Virus record (IMG/VR): IMGVR_UViG_3300049846_002026
From: an uncultured virus (IMG/VR IMGVR_UViG_3300049846_002026)
Taxonomy: Duplodnaviria; Heunggongvirae; Uroviricota; Caudoviricetes
Strand: one strand, 5' to 3'
Length of the DNA: 64,000 nucleotides
This document shows positions 18,955-29,036 of this stretch, in pieces. The notes beneath the pieces are model-generated. The model saw nothing but the letters and a program-made list of their open reading frames with translations. It searched no databases and had not been told where the DNA came from. Position 1 is the stretch's first letter; each line of letters begins with the position of its first letter. The translations under genes were made by a program, and so were the position numbers.

Positions 18955-19405
18955 ACTTGACCCCGCATTGGATATGCCGTGGTTGCCGGCAGTGCCGGTG
19001 ATGGAAGATCCGGTGCCGGAAGAGCCGATCTTTCTGGGACGTGTGTATGCTGCCATGGGTGGCCAGGTTCGGATCGACGATCGCAGACGAAACACCTGGT
19101 ATCAGCTCTGGTTGGCGAAAGACACCCGGGAACCTGGAGGTCCCGCGTATCATGTACTGATCGAACGGGATTCGAAGCTGTCGACGGTGCCCAACAGGTA
19201 CAACTCGCTGTTTGACTTGCAGGCCCATCACTGGGGGTATCCCTATGTGATCACGCCAACGCCGGAACACTGGCTGCAGGGCGCCATGCCGCTGCAAGTC
19301 GTAGTGGCGCTGTTGGCGGCCATGCGACAGCATAGCCCAAACATGTACGCCAGGTTCACGGAAACTCCGGAACAGGTCGAACGGTATTTTCCGGTGCTCC
19401 GCTAA
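18944..19405 (+). CDS. hypothetical protein
   Basis: coupled ORF. Confidence 0.6.
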   Translation: MTLELDPALDMPWLPAVPVMEDPVPEEPIFLGRVYAAMGGQVRIDDRRRNTWYQLWLAKDTREPGGPAYHVLIERDSKLSTVPNRYNSLFDLQAHHWGYPYVITPTPEHWLQGAMPLQVVVALLAAMRQHSPNMYARFTETPEQVERYFPVLR

Positions 19406-19860
19406 TGGCCAACGCCTTCCATCACGCCGTGAGCTCTGCTCGTCGGTTCGGCGGCACGCCGGAAGACTACCTGCCAATCCACGAGCTCATGGACAGCTCG
19501 AAGAGCGCCTGGGCAGACCAACGGCATCGTGTAGTACTCCATACCAGCTTCGGCATCTCCTTGGTGGGCCGCATGATCGGCCTGGAGGAGCAAGTGCGCA
19601 TGTACGAAGCGCGAGTGCGGTGGATGCCCAGGTGGCTGAAGCGGTTGCTCCGCTTGCCGCAAGTCACCCCCAACACCATTCGTCTGAGCAACGGGCGGCG
19701 GATCCCGATTCGGTTCGTGACGGAACAGCATTGCCTGGAGGACTTCGGGTTTGTGCCATCGCTCGAACAATACATGAAGGGTCTGCCCAAGGAGCCGTGG
19801 ATGAGCCGCGGCACCACCAAGATCGAAGTCACCGACAAGGAGAGCACAGCTCATGGCTGA
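19405..19860 (+). CDS. DUF6915-like protein
   Basis: HAVSSARRFGGTPEDYLPIH..MDSSK...HR...H, EQHCLEDFGFVPS. Confidence 0.7.
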   Translation: MANAFHHAVSSARRFGGTPEDYLPIHELMDSSKSAWADQRHRVVLHTSFGISLVGRMIGLEEQVRMYEARVRWMPRWLKRLLRLPQVTPNTIRLSNGRRIPIRFVTEQHCLEDFGFVPSLEQYMKGLPKEPWMSRGTTKIEVTDKESTAHG

Positions 19861-20437
19861 GCTTCTGAACGCCAGGAAGGCTTGCCTGGCACGTGGGATT
19901 CGTACCATCGGCTGGACCTTCTGGGGCGGCGGGGATGATGGCAGTCTCCAGGAGATGTGCATCCCGGAACATGCCGCGCTGTCGTTGGCGGACTGCATCG
20001 AACAGGATGGGAACGCTCGGCAATGGGATGCGCAATACCCACACCAGCTCAAGGGAATCGTACTTCCGCCGATCGGACAGTTGGTCGGTTCGCAGGAGAA
20101 GGCCGCCTTTATCCTGAACTTGCCCAGTGCACAGTATCAGGCGCTGGAGGCATTGATCTACAAGATCCTGGATCATTTTCCGGGTGACTGGGTCAACAAC
20201 GAAGGTGGCGGTGGTGCCGTCGGTGTGGACCTGCTCACGCTCGCATGGAACATCGATGGCTATCAGAACGTGCAGAGCACTGAAGACGTTGCCACGTCGG
20301 GCGACATGGGCGAGGATACGGATCCAGGTGATGAGGAAGATGATTACGTGATCCTCAGTGGCGAGATCACCCCGGTTGACGTGGCGGTTGCGCCGTTGGA
20401 CATGGCGGCGTTGATCGCCAAGGAACTGGAGGCCTAG
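19853..20437 (+). CDS. DUF6878-like protein
   Basis: GGGDDG...DWVNNEGGGG. Confidence 0.65.
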   Translation: MAELLNARKACLARGIRTIGWTFWGGGDDGSLQEMCIPEHAALSLADCIEQDGNARQWDAQYPHQLKGIVLPPIGQLVGSQEKAAFILNLPSAQYQALEALIYKILDHFPGDWVNNEGGGGAVGVDLLTLAWNIDGYQNVQSTEDVATSGDMGEDTDPGDEEDDYVILSGEITPVDVAVAPLDMAALIAKELEA

Positions 20438-20961
20438 TGATCAAAGGCCAGAAAGTTCCGAACGAGCTGGGATCTGTCTTTGCCGACTTGCACAAGCTGC
20501 CCGTACGTTATGTGGGCCTGTCATTCGATGGTAGGCATGACGAGATGGACTTCGGCGTCTTCTACTACCACAGGACGATCATGGACATCTTCGTGGGTGC
20601 GCTGCTCGAAAGCACCAAGGATGTAGTGCCTGGCGCGTATTCCATGACGGTTCGAGACGATCAGCAGCCACTGTTCACGCTCATGAAGAAGCCGTCCGCG
20701 ACCAAGGACGGCTTTAGCACCAGGGCGGTGTTGCGGTCGTTCTTGCGTGATCTGATCTACGCGCGTGTGCCGTATGACGATGAAGGTTCCAGCGGCACGT
20801 TCTGGTTCGACACCATGACGGGCAAGTACTGGGTCGTGGGACATCGGCGTTACATTGCGGAGACCCCCCTGGAAATGGAGGGGCAGTTGGAAGGCGTAAC
20901 TGTGCAAGAGGTGGCGATGGACATTGTCATCTCGCAGGTACTCTCCCATGGCACTCAGTGA
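20437..20961 (+). CDS. hypothetical protein, possible paralogue of upstream gene
   Basis: FDGRHDEM...DDEGSSGTFWFD. Confidence 0.55.
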   Translation: MIKGQKVPNELGSVFADLHKLPVRYVGLSFDGRHDEMDFGVFYYHRTIMDIFVGALLESTKDVVPGAYSMTVRDDQQPLFTLMKKPSATKDGFSTRAVLRSFLRDLIYARVPYDDEGSSGTFWFDTMTGKYWVVGHRRYIAETPLEMEGQLEGVTVQEVAMDIVISQVLSHGTQ

Positions 20962-21156
20962 GTTTGATGAAGTCGTCAAAGCAGTACTGCACAACACGCC
21001 AGTACCTGCTGTGGTGAAGCTGGGGGTTAAAAAACCTGGCATTACCATCACGGAACAACCACCCACGCTACCGGAACCGCTGTCGTACAGCACCTACATT
21101 TCGATGTGGTCTGTGTACAGCAGCAGTACCACTAGCACCTACTTCAAATACTGATC

Positions 21157-21411
21157 ATGATCAAGATCGACGAGAACGTTCCCATCCCGCCCCGTGTGGG
21201 CAATCCTGCCAATCTGCAGCCTCGTGCCAGGAAGTACCCCTGGTTGGAGATGAAGGTCGGGCAGAGCTTCTTCGTGCCGTTGCCACTCGGCCGTACATTC
21301 AGCGCGCACAGCTGTTGGCTCAAGAACAACAAGAAGACCAAGCTCAAGTTCGAGACTCGCAGGGTGGTCGAGGACGGGAACCATGGTGTTCGGATCTGGA
21401 GGACCAAGTAG
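21157..21411 (+). CDS. small phage protein (possible DNA-binding)
   Basis: IDENVPIP...KYPWLEMKVGQSFFV...GVRIWR pattern. Confidence 0.65.
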   Translation: MIKIDENVPIPPRVGNPANLQPRARKYPWLEMKVGQSFFVPLPLGRTFSAHSCWLKNNKKTKLKFETRRVVEDGNHGVRIWRTK

Positions 21412-21412
21412 C

Positions 21413-21667
21413 ATGTTCCAGCTCCTCGAAGAGGAAGGCGTGATCACTCCGAAGATGCCCCGAGTGGGCAGCTCCCTGGTGATCGACGCACAGAAGTTCA
21501 CCGTTGTCGAACGGCTGAAGGAACCGACGGACGCGCTCAAGTATTTCCTGGTGGTGGACCCCAATGGGGAGCTCCAGGTTCTTCGAGCTACGTTCCTCAA
21601 TCGTGGTAAGGGTTGCTGGTACCAGCGACTGGCGGAAGCCAAGGAACGCGAACGGGCACTCGCATGA
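21413..21667 (+). CDS. hypothetical protein
   Basis: GGAGG RBS. Confidence 0.55.
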   Translation: MFQLLEEEGVITPKMPRVGSSLVIDAQKFTVVERLKEPTDALKYFLVVDPNGELQVLRATFLNRGKGCWYQRLAEAKERERALA

Positions 21668-21852
21668 CAACGGCTGCGTTTGCCCGGGAGGTGGATCGAC
21701 TCATGGTCCAGCAGTTCGGCATCACCTGGGCAGATGCAGGGCGCGATGTCGAAGAGCTGCGTACGTTCCAGAAGAAAGACCGCTGGACACCGATTCAGGT
21801 CGTTCAGTGGCTCGGCAAAAAGTACGATCTCATCCCTCTCGAAGAGTTCTAG
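21664..21852 (+). CDS. hypothetical protein
   Basis: ATGA overlap. Confidence 0.55.
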   Translation: MTTAAFAREVDRLMVQQFGITWADAGRDVEELRTFQKKDRWTPIQVVQWLGKKYDLIPLEEF

Positions 21853-21863
21853 GAGACTACGGC

Positions 21864-22217
21864 ATGCTGACCATGCCCCAACAGATGGTACTTGTCGCAC
21901 TCAAGAAGCTTTTCGACGCGAAGAGCTACTTCGATGTGTGTCAAGTCGATGCCTTGCTGGTGGTGACGCGAGGCCGCATGTCGGACTACACACGGAATGA
22001 ACTCCGGTTGGTGCATTGCGTGCACTACAAAGACATGCCTGATGGCATGCGTGAACACCTGGCTCAGGTAGTTGTGGCTGCGCTCAAGACAGGTATGCCG
22101 GACCTGGAGTTTTCCATCAAGGTACCGGTACAGCCTGTGGTTGTGCATGATCCACCGACTCCGTCTGAGGCACGGTCCAACCTGTTTCGTAGGCTGCTGG
22201 GCTCGGGAAAGTCCTAA
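21864..22217 (+). CDS. hypothetical protein
   Basis: AGGAG RBS. Confidence 0.6.
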   Translation: MLTMPQQMVLVALKKLFDAKSYFDVCQVDALLVVTRGRMSDYTRNELRLVHCVHYKDMPDGMREHLAQVVVAALKTGMPDLEFSIKVPVQPVVVHDPPTPSEARSNLFRRLLGSGKS

Positions 22218-22762
22218 TGGCAACGGAAACGGGTATTCCTCCGGATGGGCTGTTGCTGAGCGATGGCACTTTCCAGTTGCCGAACGGCTTGATTCTCAAG
22301 TACGTGCATCGGCCTGATACTTGCAAGGGGCCAAACTGCGTTATCCACAATCCGTCAGACCATCCACTGCGCCAGTTTCCCCTGCATTGGCGGGGTGATA
22401 TTGGGTTGATGGAACGGATTTGCACACACGGAGTTGGCCACCCGGACCCGGACCACTTGGCATGGGATCCTCGGGAAGGGATGGGCATCCATGGCTGCTG
22501 TGGCTGTTGTGCACCGAAGCAGCGTAAGCGGGTAATGGTGCTTCTTGAAGTGGAGCTGGACATTCCGCATGACTGGATGCCCACTCCTCATGGATCATTC
22601 TACACTCCGGGTGGTCCTGAGTACATTCCTGTGATTGGTCTTTTGAACACACACACTGACATCATTGCTGCTGCTGAGCATGATATCGAAGCACAAGGTG
22701 TGCGTATTCAGGAGTATCATTCCACCACGATTCAGCCGGTAGACCCTGTTCATGGCACGTAA
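22217..22762 (+). CDS. Cys/His-rich phage protein
   Basis: CVIHNPSDH...MERICTHGVGHPDPD...HGCCGCC. Confidence 0.7.
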   Translation: MATETGIPPDGLLLSDGTFQLPNGLILKYVHRPDTCKGPNCVIHNPSDHPLRQFPLHWRGDIGLMERICTHGVGHPDPDHLAWDPREGMGIHGCCGCCAPKQRKRVMVLLEVELDIPHDWMPTPHGSFYTPGGPEYIPVIGLLNTHTDIIAAAEHDIEAQGVRIQEYHSTTIQPVDPVHGT

Positions 22763-23174
22763 CCCCATGGATTTCGCTGCATTGATCGAAAAGCACTTGG
22801 CAGGAACAGCTGATCTGCCGATCGTGCTGCTGTGCAATACGACCCCTGGCCAGTGTGTGTTTTCCAAACGTGTGATTCACACCCTGTCTGAACTGTCTGC
22901 TGCGTCACTTGGCTCACAGTGTTTGAACATCTACGTGGATGAGTTCAAACAGTCTTGGGGCATCTGGATCAGTTGGGAGGAGGATGAGCAACGGTTCACG
23001 GTGCGTCATGGTCCTCGGAGCTTGCAAACACACGCAGTGAACATGGGCTTGGGTTGGAAAACCATGCCTTATGAAGTTCCTGAGATGTTTCAGCAAGATG
23101 TCATCAAGCTGAGTGAAGAGTTTCGGCTGCATCATCCTGACCTGTACGAACAGATCATGCGGGAGAACCCATGA
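22752..23174 (+). CDS. hypothetical protein
   Basis: coupled ORF. Confidence 0.55.
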   Translation: MARNPMDFAALIEKHLAGTADLPIVLLCNTTPGQCVFSKRVIHTLSELSAASLGSQCLNIYVDEFKQSWGIWISWEEDEQRFTVRHGPRSLQTHAVNMGLGWKTMPYEVPEMFQQDVIKLSEEFRLHHPDLYEQIMRENP

Positions 23175-23398
23175 GCGAGCTCACACCCCAACAGGCCCAA
23201 GAGGCGGAAGTACTTCGGGTAGCACAGAACCTGGCTGTGTCAGAAGGACACGACTGGCGTCTGTTGTTTGCCATGGAGCGCATGCAGTATCGTGAGCGGG
23301 CCAGGGTGATCTTGGCTGCCACACAAGACAGTGACGAAATGCCGTAGTTCGTCACGACTTACTTAGATGTCGAGGGGCAATACCGTTACGTGAGCCCC

Positions 23399-23427
23399 TT
23401 GACTTCTAAGTGCTGGTGTAGTACGTT
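23399..23427 (+). promoter_or_regulatory. sigma70-like promoter for tmRNA
   Basis: TTGACT-N17-TACGTT, 7 nt before tmRNA 5' end. Confidence 0.7.
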
Positions 23428-23434
23428 GTACCTC

Positions 23435-23782
23435 GGGGCCGATCTGGTTTCGATTGGTTAGTAGAGGGATTGCGGCGCGTAAGAGTGCTCCTAGCTTAAC
23501 GGAGCAAAACGTCAACTGCGAAGAACATCTTCGGCGGTCAGCCTGCCCTGATGGCTGCGTAAGCAGCCTCGGGTAGACCCAGGTCTGCAGAGTACCTGGC
23601 AAACCCAAACTCATGCAACTATACGTACCGGTCGGTAAAACGGCGTTCCTGGACGTACACCAGGTGGTGGAGGGTAATCGCAAGGTTGCCCCTAGCAGGA
23701 CGTTGGCCAACGTACATGGCACACACGCGTAGATGCAATCAGGAAGCTCGCCAAGACGAGGGTTCGATCCCCTCCGGCTCCA
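23435..23782 (+). ncRNA. ssrA: tmRNA; tag peptide AKNIFGGQPALMAA* at 23518-23562
   Basis: 5' GGGGCCGATCTGGTTTCGA; 3' GACGAGGGTTCGATCCCCTCCGGCTCCA; G3:U pair; tag ending AA. Confidence 0.95.
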
Positions 23783-23855
23783 CTCCAAGTTCAGTATCCG
23801 CCTGCACCCGGCGCTGCGAACGCAGCGCCGGGTTCGGCTTTTGAACTCTATCACA

Positions 23856-24077
23856 ATGCGTAAAGCCAAGCAGCCCATCATCGAAGCCGTCACCTGGCCG
23901 ATCGCCAAGCGCTATGGCGGCTGGCGCGATAGCAAAACGCACCTAACCGAAAAGGACACCGTGCTTTGCACCGGCTACAAGCTGAGCGGCTACTTCATGA
24001 AGCGGCAAGTTCCCGTAGCTGGTGCCTGTAAGAACTGCATGCGCATCCTCAACAAGCGACTCAGTCAATGCCAATGA
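23856..24077 (+). CDS. hypothetical protein
   Basis: short ORF with H..C..CKNC. Confidence 0.5.
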   Translation: MRKAKQPIIEAVTWPIAKRYGGWRDSKTHLTEKDTVLCTGYKLSGYFMKRQVPVAGACKNCMRILNKRLSQCQ

Positions 24078-24227
24078 CACGTAGGAATCACCGGTGGTAC
24101 ACCACTGGAATAACCCGGGGCATGGGCATGATGTCCATCATACTGGCTCCACCCACACAGCTGTGGGTGATCGGGCTGGGCATCGGGTTGATGTTTCTGA
24201 GCTTGTTCCTTGAGCCGGAAGGAGATC

Positions 24228-24755
24228 ATGCCTAACCATGTGGATCACGATTGTTTCATCAGTGGTCCCACTGAAGACGTAACCAAGCTGCTGGAAACCT
24301 GTCTGAAAGATGACGGCTCTCTGGACGCCAATGTGCTGATTCCCTACCCGCGAAGGTTTCGGGAGATGGATGATGCCTACAAAGCCTGGGAGGAAGAGCA
24401 GCGGGAAAAAGAAGGTCCGATGCCATGGGATCAGGCGCCAAAGAACGGATACAACAGCGGCGGCTACGAGTGGTGCATCGACAACTGGGGTACCAAGTGG
24501 GGCACGTACGATGGGAACGGCGTGGAAGAACTGCCGTCCAAACGACGTGGTCGTCGGCGGGTGCAACTGGGGTTCTACACGGCGTGGAGCCCCGCACTTC
24601 CGCTGTACGCAGCCCTTGCGAAACGCTTCCCCACCTGCGATATTCGCATCATGTACTACGAAAGCGGCATGGCGTTCAAGGGAAAACTTGTCTATAAGAA
24701 CGGCAAGTGCACGCTCAACACCAGCAGCAACTATCGGGGCAGCCGTGGCGGCTGA
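24228..24755 (+). CDS. DUF1281 / Api92-like ferredoxin-fold protein
   Basis: MPN start, YEWCIDNWGTKW, FYTAWSP, YYESG; AAGGAG RBS. Confidence 0.8.
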   Translation: MPNHVDHDCFISGPTEDVTKLLETCLKDDGSLDANVLIPYPRRFREMDDAYKAWEEEQREKEGPMPWDQAPKNGYNSGGYEWCIDNWGTKWGTYDGNGVEELPSKRRGRRRVQLGFYTAWSPALPLYAALAKRFPTCDIRIMYYESGMAFKGKLVYKNGKCTLNTSSNYRGSRGG

Positions 24756-24845
24756 TCCTGGCGTCAAGCATGGGCTGATGACTGGCATCATCCTGGCAGT
24801 GCTCATCTTCGTGCCGTGGTGGCTACTACTCCGGAGACTGGACAA

Positions 24846-25148
24846 ATGATCCCACACGTAGGCTGGTATCTTCGTCGTCGACTGCGGTCTGGTTGGGGCC
24901 CGTGGCAGTTTGACGCTGCGCCCAATGCGCCGGAGATCTGGCAGGAGCTCTGGGGTGCTGACAAAGTTCAGGTTCAGCGGCTGCACTCAACAGCAGCTGT
25001 TGTGCAGCACCTGCAGGAAGCAGTCAAGCAGTTAAAGTATCCGATGCCAGGATGGCCGTACCCAAACGACATCCAACGAGAGAAGGGCTTTCAGGAAGCC
25101 CAAATCAAAATCGCGGAGCTGCTCAATGAGCTACACACCACATCGTAA
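24846..25148 (+). CDS. hypothetical protein
   Basis: ATGA-coupled ORF. Confidence 0.5.
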   Translation: MIPHVGWYLRRRLRSGWGPWQFDAAPNAPEIWQELWGADKVQVQRLHSTAAVVQHLQEAVKQLKYPMPGWPYPNDIQREKGFQEAQIKIAELLNELHTTS

Positions 25149-25347
25149 CCGTGGTAAGGCCCAGTGGGAAGCCTGGACCCGTGACCTCAAGCGCACCACG
25201 CAGACGTACGGCCCGGAAGGACGTCAAGCTGCCCGTAGCATCGTTCGCAGTCTCAAGAAAGCCACCCACCGGGCGGAGCGGTTGCTGAGCAAGCATATCC
25301 TTCGTCGCGACATCCAAGAGTTCGAGGCAGAACAGCAATGCGACTGA
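25126..25347 (+). CDS. small basic protein
   Basis: ORF in gene string. Confidence 0.5.
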   Translation: MSYTPHRNRGKAQWEAWTRDLKRTTQTYGPEGRQAARSIVRSLKKATHRAERLLSKHILRRDIQEFEAEQQCD

Positions 25348-26180
25348 GCTACCGTGTGGTCGCCCTGGCCAGGGGCGACATGGTCTGGGGCGAAGAGGTG
25401 GAGTTCGTGTTCCCGGACGAGAAGCGGCAGAACCTGTTTGCCGACCTCTGCAAAACCGGCAAAGCCCCCTGGTTCCTGGCGTACCGGTACAGCAAACTGG
25501 TCGAGAACGACTACTTCGATAAGCCGGACTACGTCATCCCCGCTCTTCCATCTCTGAACAGGTAATCTCATGATCCCCAGGTTCATCCGCGAGTGGTACG
25601 CCCGCTGGGAGTGCTCCAGGAAGGGACATCTCTGGCAACGCCTGGCTTTCACCAGTGCGCCGTACGAACGCTGCACTCGGTGCAAGGAACAGCGGCCCCT
25701 GCGTACGAAGCCGCGGAGCCGCGAGGCCCGGCAGTGATCAACCACGCAGAAGCACGAGCTCGGGCTGAAAACATCCTGCAGCTGGGCTCCAAGACCTACA
25801 ACTGGATCGAGCAGATGCTGGCAGCAGCCTATCTTGATCTGTGCAAGCAAGCATGCCCACGGTGCCAGGAACTGGGTCGAGCCTGCCCCGCATGCATTGC
25901 TGCTCGACTCAAATCACAAACCCCTCCAACGCCATGAACACCGTCAAGACGTACACGCTGGTGGATGAATGCATGGGAGTGCACATCCCCCTGGCCGAAG
26001 GTATCACCGATCTGAAGAAGGCCCGTAAGGAAGCCAAGCGACTGGACGTCTTCGCGCGCGGCAAGGTAGCCATCTTCAAGGTCAAGATCACGCGAGTCAA
26101 GGAGAAGAAGTGAAGCGTTTCTGGTCAGCTATCATCTTCTGGACGTTCACCGTCACCGTCTGGATCCTGGTACTCTAACC

Positions 26181-26372
26181 ATGTTCAGGCTCACTGAGCA
26201 GCAGGAGGCCAAGTTGAAGCTATGGTTGCAGGATTTGCCATACGCTCCGACCGGTGCTGCTGGCGGACGATTCACTTACCTGTTCACTCCGACCTCGCTC
26301 GGCGTCATACTGGAAGTTCGGGACAATGCCTTGGGCAAGAGCCTGAATCTCACCGATTATGACTCGTGGTAA
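26181..26372 (+). CDS. conserved small phage protein
   Basis: GAAGGRFTYLFTPTSLG...LTDYDSW pattern. Confidence 0.7.
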   Translation: MFRLTEQQEAKLKLWLQDLPYAPTGAAGGRFTYLFTPTSLGVILEVRDNALGKSLNLTDYDSW

Positions 26373-26682
26373 CGGCGTGGACACACCGGATCGCTGGCTC
26401 GTCGTCACGATCATCACGCCTGAAGGCCCCTTGGACAAGGTGCTTATGGGCTGGTGGGGTGGTTACCTGGGTAGTGATTCCTGGCGGTTGAACTCCGGTG
26501 TCACCGAAGTGCTGGATGAAGGAGATGCCTTCGTGTTCGTAGGGTTGAGCGGCAGCCAATACCGTTGTTACAAAGCGGCGTATGGCACAACTAGAATGAC
26601 CAGTCATGTGCTACATGATTGGCTTCAACGCGCTGAACCCAACACAGTGATAGTCCGTGATCGTTACCCCTACACAGCGTAA
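26359..26682 (+). CDS. conserved phage protein
   Basis: PDRW...KVLMGWWGGYLGSDSWRLNSG...GLSGSQYRC pattern. Confidence 0.7.
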   Translation: MTRGNGVDTPDRWLVVTIITPEGPLDKVLMGWWGGYLGSDSWRLNSGVTEVLDEGDAFVFVGLSGSQYRCYKAAYGTTRMTSHVLHDWLQRAEPNTVIVRDRYPYTA

Positions 26683-27328
26683 CCAAATGCGCGCATATCG
26701 CAGTCGAGACATCGTACAGGCTTTCCAGTGGCATAGTGGTGCACGTACCACCAAGCTGGACGAGACTTTGCTGGTGACTCCAGGGCACTTCAAGGAACCA
26801 GATCTCCGTGGCTGTGGCGTGGTACGTAATCCGCACAGCATCGGGGATGGCGCCATCGTACATCATGGAGACTGGGTGTGCGTACGCAATGTCACCTGGA
26901 CGGATGGTACGACCAGCAGAATCGTAACGGTTCTGGACGAAGATTCGTTCAAGGCCGGGTTCGAGCCAATCGATCAGGCAGTTCTGGAAGAACCACGAAT
27001 CGAACGGACGGTCACGGAGGACATGGTGGAACGGGCGGCGGTGGCGTACACGGGGGACAGTCCCAAGGCGTGGGCGGCGGCACCGGAGGGACAGCGCGAC
27101 ACGGTGCGCCGTCATGTTCGTCGCATCCTCAACGCGGCCAGCGACACCCCCGCGTCGGAGGTCACGGACAAGGTTGCGAAAGCCGCCGCGCAAGTGCAGA
27201 AGGCGATGGACCGGCTGCTGACGCACGGCCCGATCACGGTGCATCACGGCGGCGCACTCGCGGCCCAAATCCGCATCCTGACCGCCGCCCTCGGCTCCGC
27301 GACCCCCGACGCCGAGGGGGGACGATGA
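26657..27328 (+). CDS. hypothetical protein
   Basis: ORF in gene string. Confidence 0.6.
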   Translation: MIVTPTQRNQMRAYRSRDIVQAFQWHSGARTTKLDETLLVTPGHFKEPDLRGCGVVRNPHSIGDGAIVHHGDWVCVRNVTWTDGTTSRIVTVLDEDSFKAGFEPIDQAVLEEPRIERTVTEDMVERAAVAYTGDSPKAWAAAPEGQRDTVRRHVRRILNAASDTPASEVTDKVAKAAAQVQKAMDRLLTHGPITVHHGGALAAQIRILTAALGSATPDAEGGR

Positions 27329-27738
27329 CGCCGACGCCTAACTACGCATCGCCTTCAAGGTGCCCGCAATGCGGGCTACATCACTTCAACCATTTCGAGC
27401 GAGGGAGTTGCGAAAGGATGACCCCGCCTGATCGCGCGGCCCTTGCGGACGCGCTCGCCACCGCCACGCCGGAGATGCTGCGCGCTGACGCCGAGTGGCT
27501 GGATGGACTCATCAAGTCGTACCGGCACTCAGACAACAACGGCGCGGTGCCAGCGTGGTCCCGCCTTGCCGCGCTCGCGCTCGCCTGCGCGGACCTTGAG
27601 GAGAACGGGCGCTCCGTCGCGTTCTTCGGCAAACCCGTGCGGTGGGACCGCGTGGAGATTGACGGCGATGATGTCGACTGCGCCGCACAAGGTCCGACCC
27701 TCGCCGCCGCGCTCGCCGCGCTGATCCGAAAGGGATGA
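27325..27738 (+). CDS. hypothetical protein
   Basis: GAGGGG RBS, ATGA overlap. Confidence 0.55.
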   Translation: MTPTPNYASPSRCPQCGLHHFNHFERGSCERMTPPDRAALADALATATPEMLRADAEWLDGLIKSYRHSDNNGAVPAWSRLAALALACADLEENGRSVAFFGKPVRWDRVEIDGDDVDCAAQGPTLAAALAALIRKG

Positions 27739-27873
27739 TGAGCGTCCCTGACCGATACCAGCCATGAATCCTGGCGTGAAGCACGGCCTACTCACAGGGA
27801 TTGTACTTGCCCTTGTGATTGGCGTGCCTTGGTTGCTACTATCGAACGTAAGGGCAATGATATCCACGCGGCC

Positions 27874-27902
27874 TTGACTTCGGACGGCTAACCAGTTAGA
27901 TT
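27874..27902 (+). promoter_or_regulatory. sigma70-like promoter
   Basis: TTGACT-N17-TAGATT. Confidence 0.7.
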
Positions 27903-27925
27903 GCATCCTCTTAACGGAGGTGCAA

Positions 27926-28918
27926 ATGCCGCTCAAGGGGTACGTGTGTCCGCCTGGGGGAGAGAAGCCCGGACGAGCCAATGCTGTCGAGTACTGCCTG
28001 AGCGAGTGCGTCAGGCCGTGTGTGACCCCGCCGCTGCTTGCGGCGATGTGGAAGAGCGATACTGAGAACTACCATTCGGGCGACTACATCAGCGCCTCAA
28101 TGCTCGCCGGTACTAACTGTATGCGGCAGACGTTCTTGGAGCGCTTCCACGACTTCCACGACGTACCGACAAAGCGGTACTGGCCGTTTCGTGGAACCCA
28201 CGCGCACAAGATTGTGGAAGAGGCTGCGGATATCCTAGCCCCCTACGGGTGGTTGCAGGAAATCCGAATGAGCACCACGCTTGTGTACCCCGACTTGCCA
28301 GCCCCACGATACACAGAAACGGGCGAGTTCGATGGGACCTTCGACTTCGATAAACCACTCCAGGTAGTGGTTCGTGGTACTTGCGACGCTTACAATCCGT
28401 TCCGACGCGACCTGGTCGACTGCAAGAGCATGGCAGACACCAAGGTTGAGATGATGATCGAAGGGTCCAGTCCGGGCACGTACAGCCGGAACCTGCAAGA
28501 CAACTGGATCACCCAGCTCAACATCTACCGCTGGCTCATTAGCCACACGCCTATCCCTGATCATGTTAGGGACGCGTTGCTCGCCCATGGTCTGCCTGCT
28601 CTGCCCGAGGGTAACTACCCGGCCCCTGAGCGGCTGTACATCCAAGGTATCGCGATGATGAGCCACCCGGTCAGTGGCAGTAAGCATGCCCACAAGATCA
28701 AGGGCAAGGGCGTCAAGGTCTATGAGATTGACGCGGTACCGGTCTGGACCTTGGAGGACATCGAAGCGTACGTACGGCCGTTGGCGCTGAAGTGGTACAA
28801 GGCGCTGAACATGCGCCGGATGCCAAAGGCGGTGACCGAGGACCGGAAGTGGATGTGTAAGAGCTGTGCCTTCTACGGGAGCCCCTGCCAGCCAGAAAAA
28901 GAGTGGGCCAAGCGCTAG
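27926..28918 (+). CDS. Cas4-like PD-(D/E)XK exonuclease
   Basis: ISASML..C..Q, RGTHAH, GTCD, LVDCKS, QLNIY, C-terminal CKSC...C; GGAGG RBS. Confidence 0.8.
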   Translation: MPLKGYVCPPGGEKPGRANAVEYCLSECVRPCVTPPLLAAMWKSDTENYHSGDYISASMLAGTNCMRQTFLERFHDFHDVPTKRYWPFRGTHAHKIVEEAADILAPYGWLQEIRMSTTLVYPDLPAPRYTETGEFDGTFDFDKPLQVVVRGTCDAYNPFRRDLVDCKSMADTKVEMMIEGSSPGTYSRNLQDNWITQLNIYRWLISHTPIPDHVRDALLAHGLPALPEGNYPAPERLYIQGIAMMSHPVSGSKHAHKIKGKGVKVYEIDAVPVWTLEDIEAYVRPLALKWYKALNMRRMPKAVTEDRKWMCKSCAFYGSPCQPEKEWAKR

Positions 28919-28987
28919 CCCGTAGTGCGCCCAGTTCCAGCTAAATCGAGCCGGGTCAGCAGCCCCCACGCAGGGTCCAGGTGGGGG

Positions 28988-29016
28988 TTGCGTTTGTTCG
29001 AGGAATGTATTAGGTT
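28988..29016 (+). promoter_or_regulatory. sigma70-like promoter
   Basis: TTGCGT-N17-TAGGTT after a hairpin. Confidence 0.55.
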
Positions 29017-29036
29017 GGTGGCAGTAACTTCACCCA

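Noticed and set aside
27926..28918. CRISPR-Cas system
   Set aside because: Solo Cas4-like nuclease; no repeat-spacer array or other cas genes seen.
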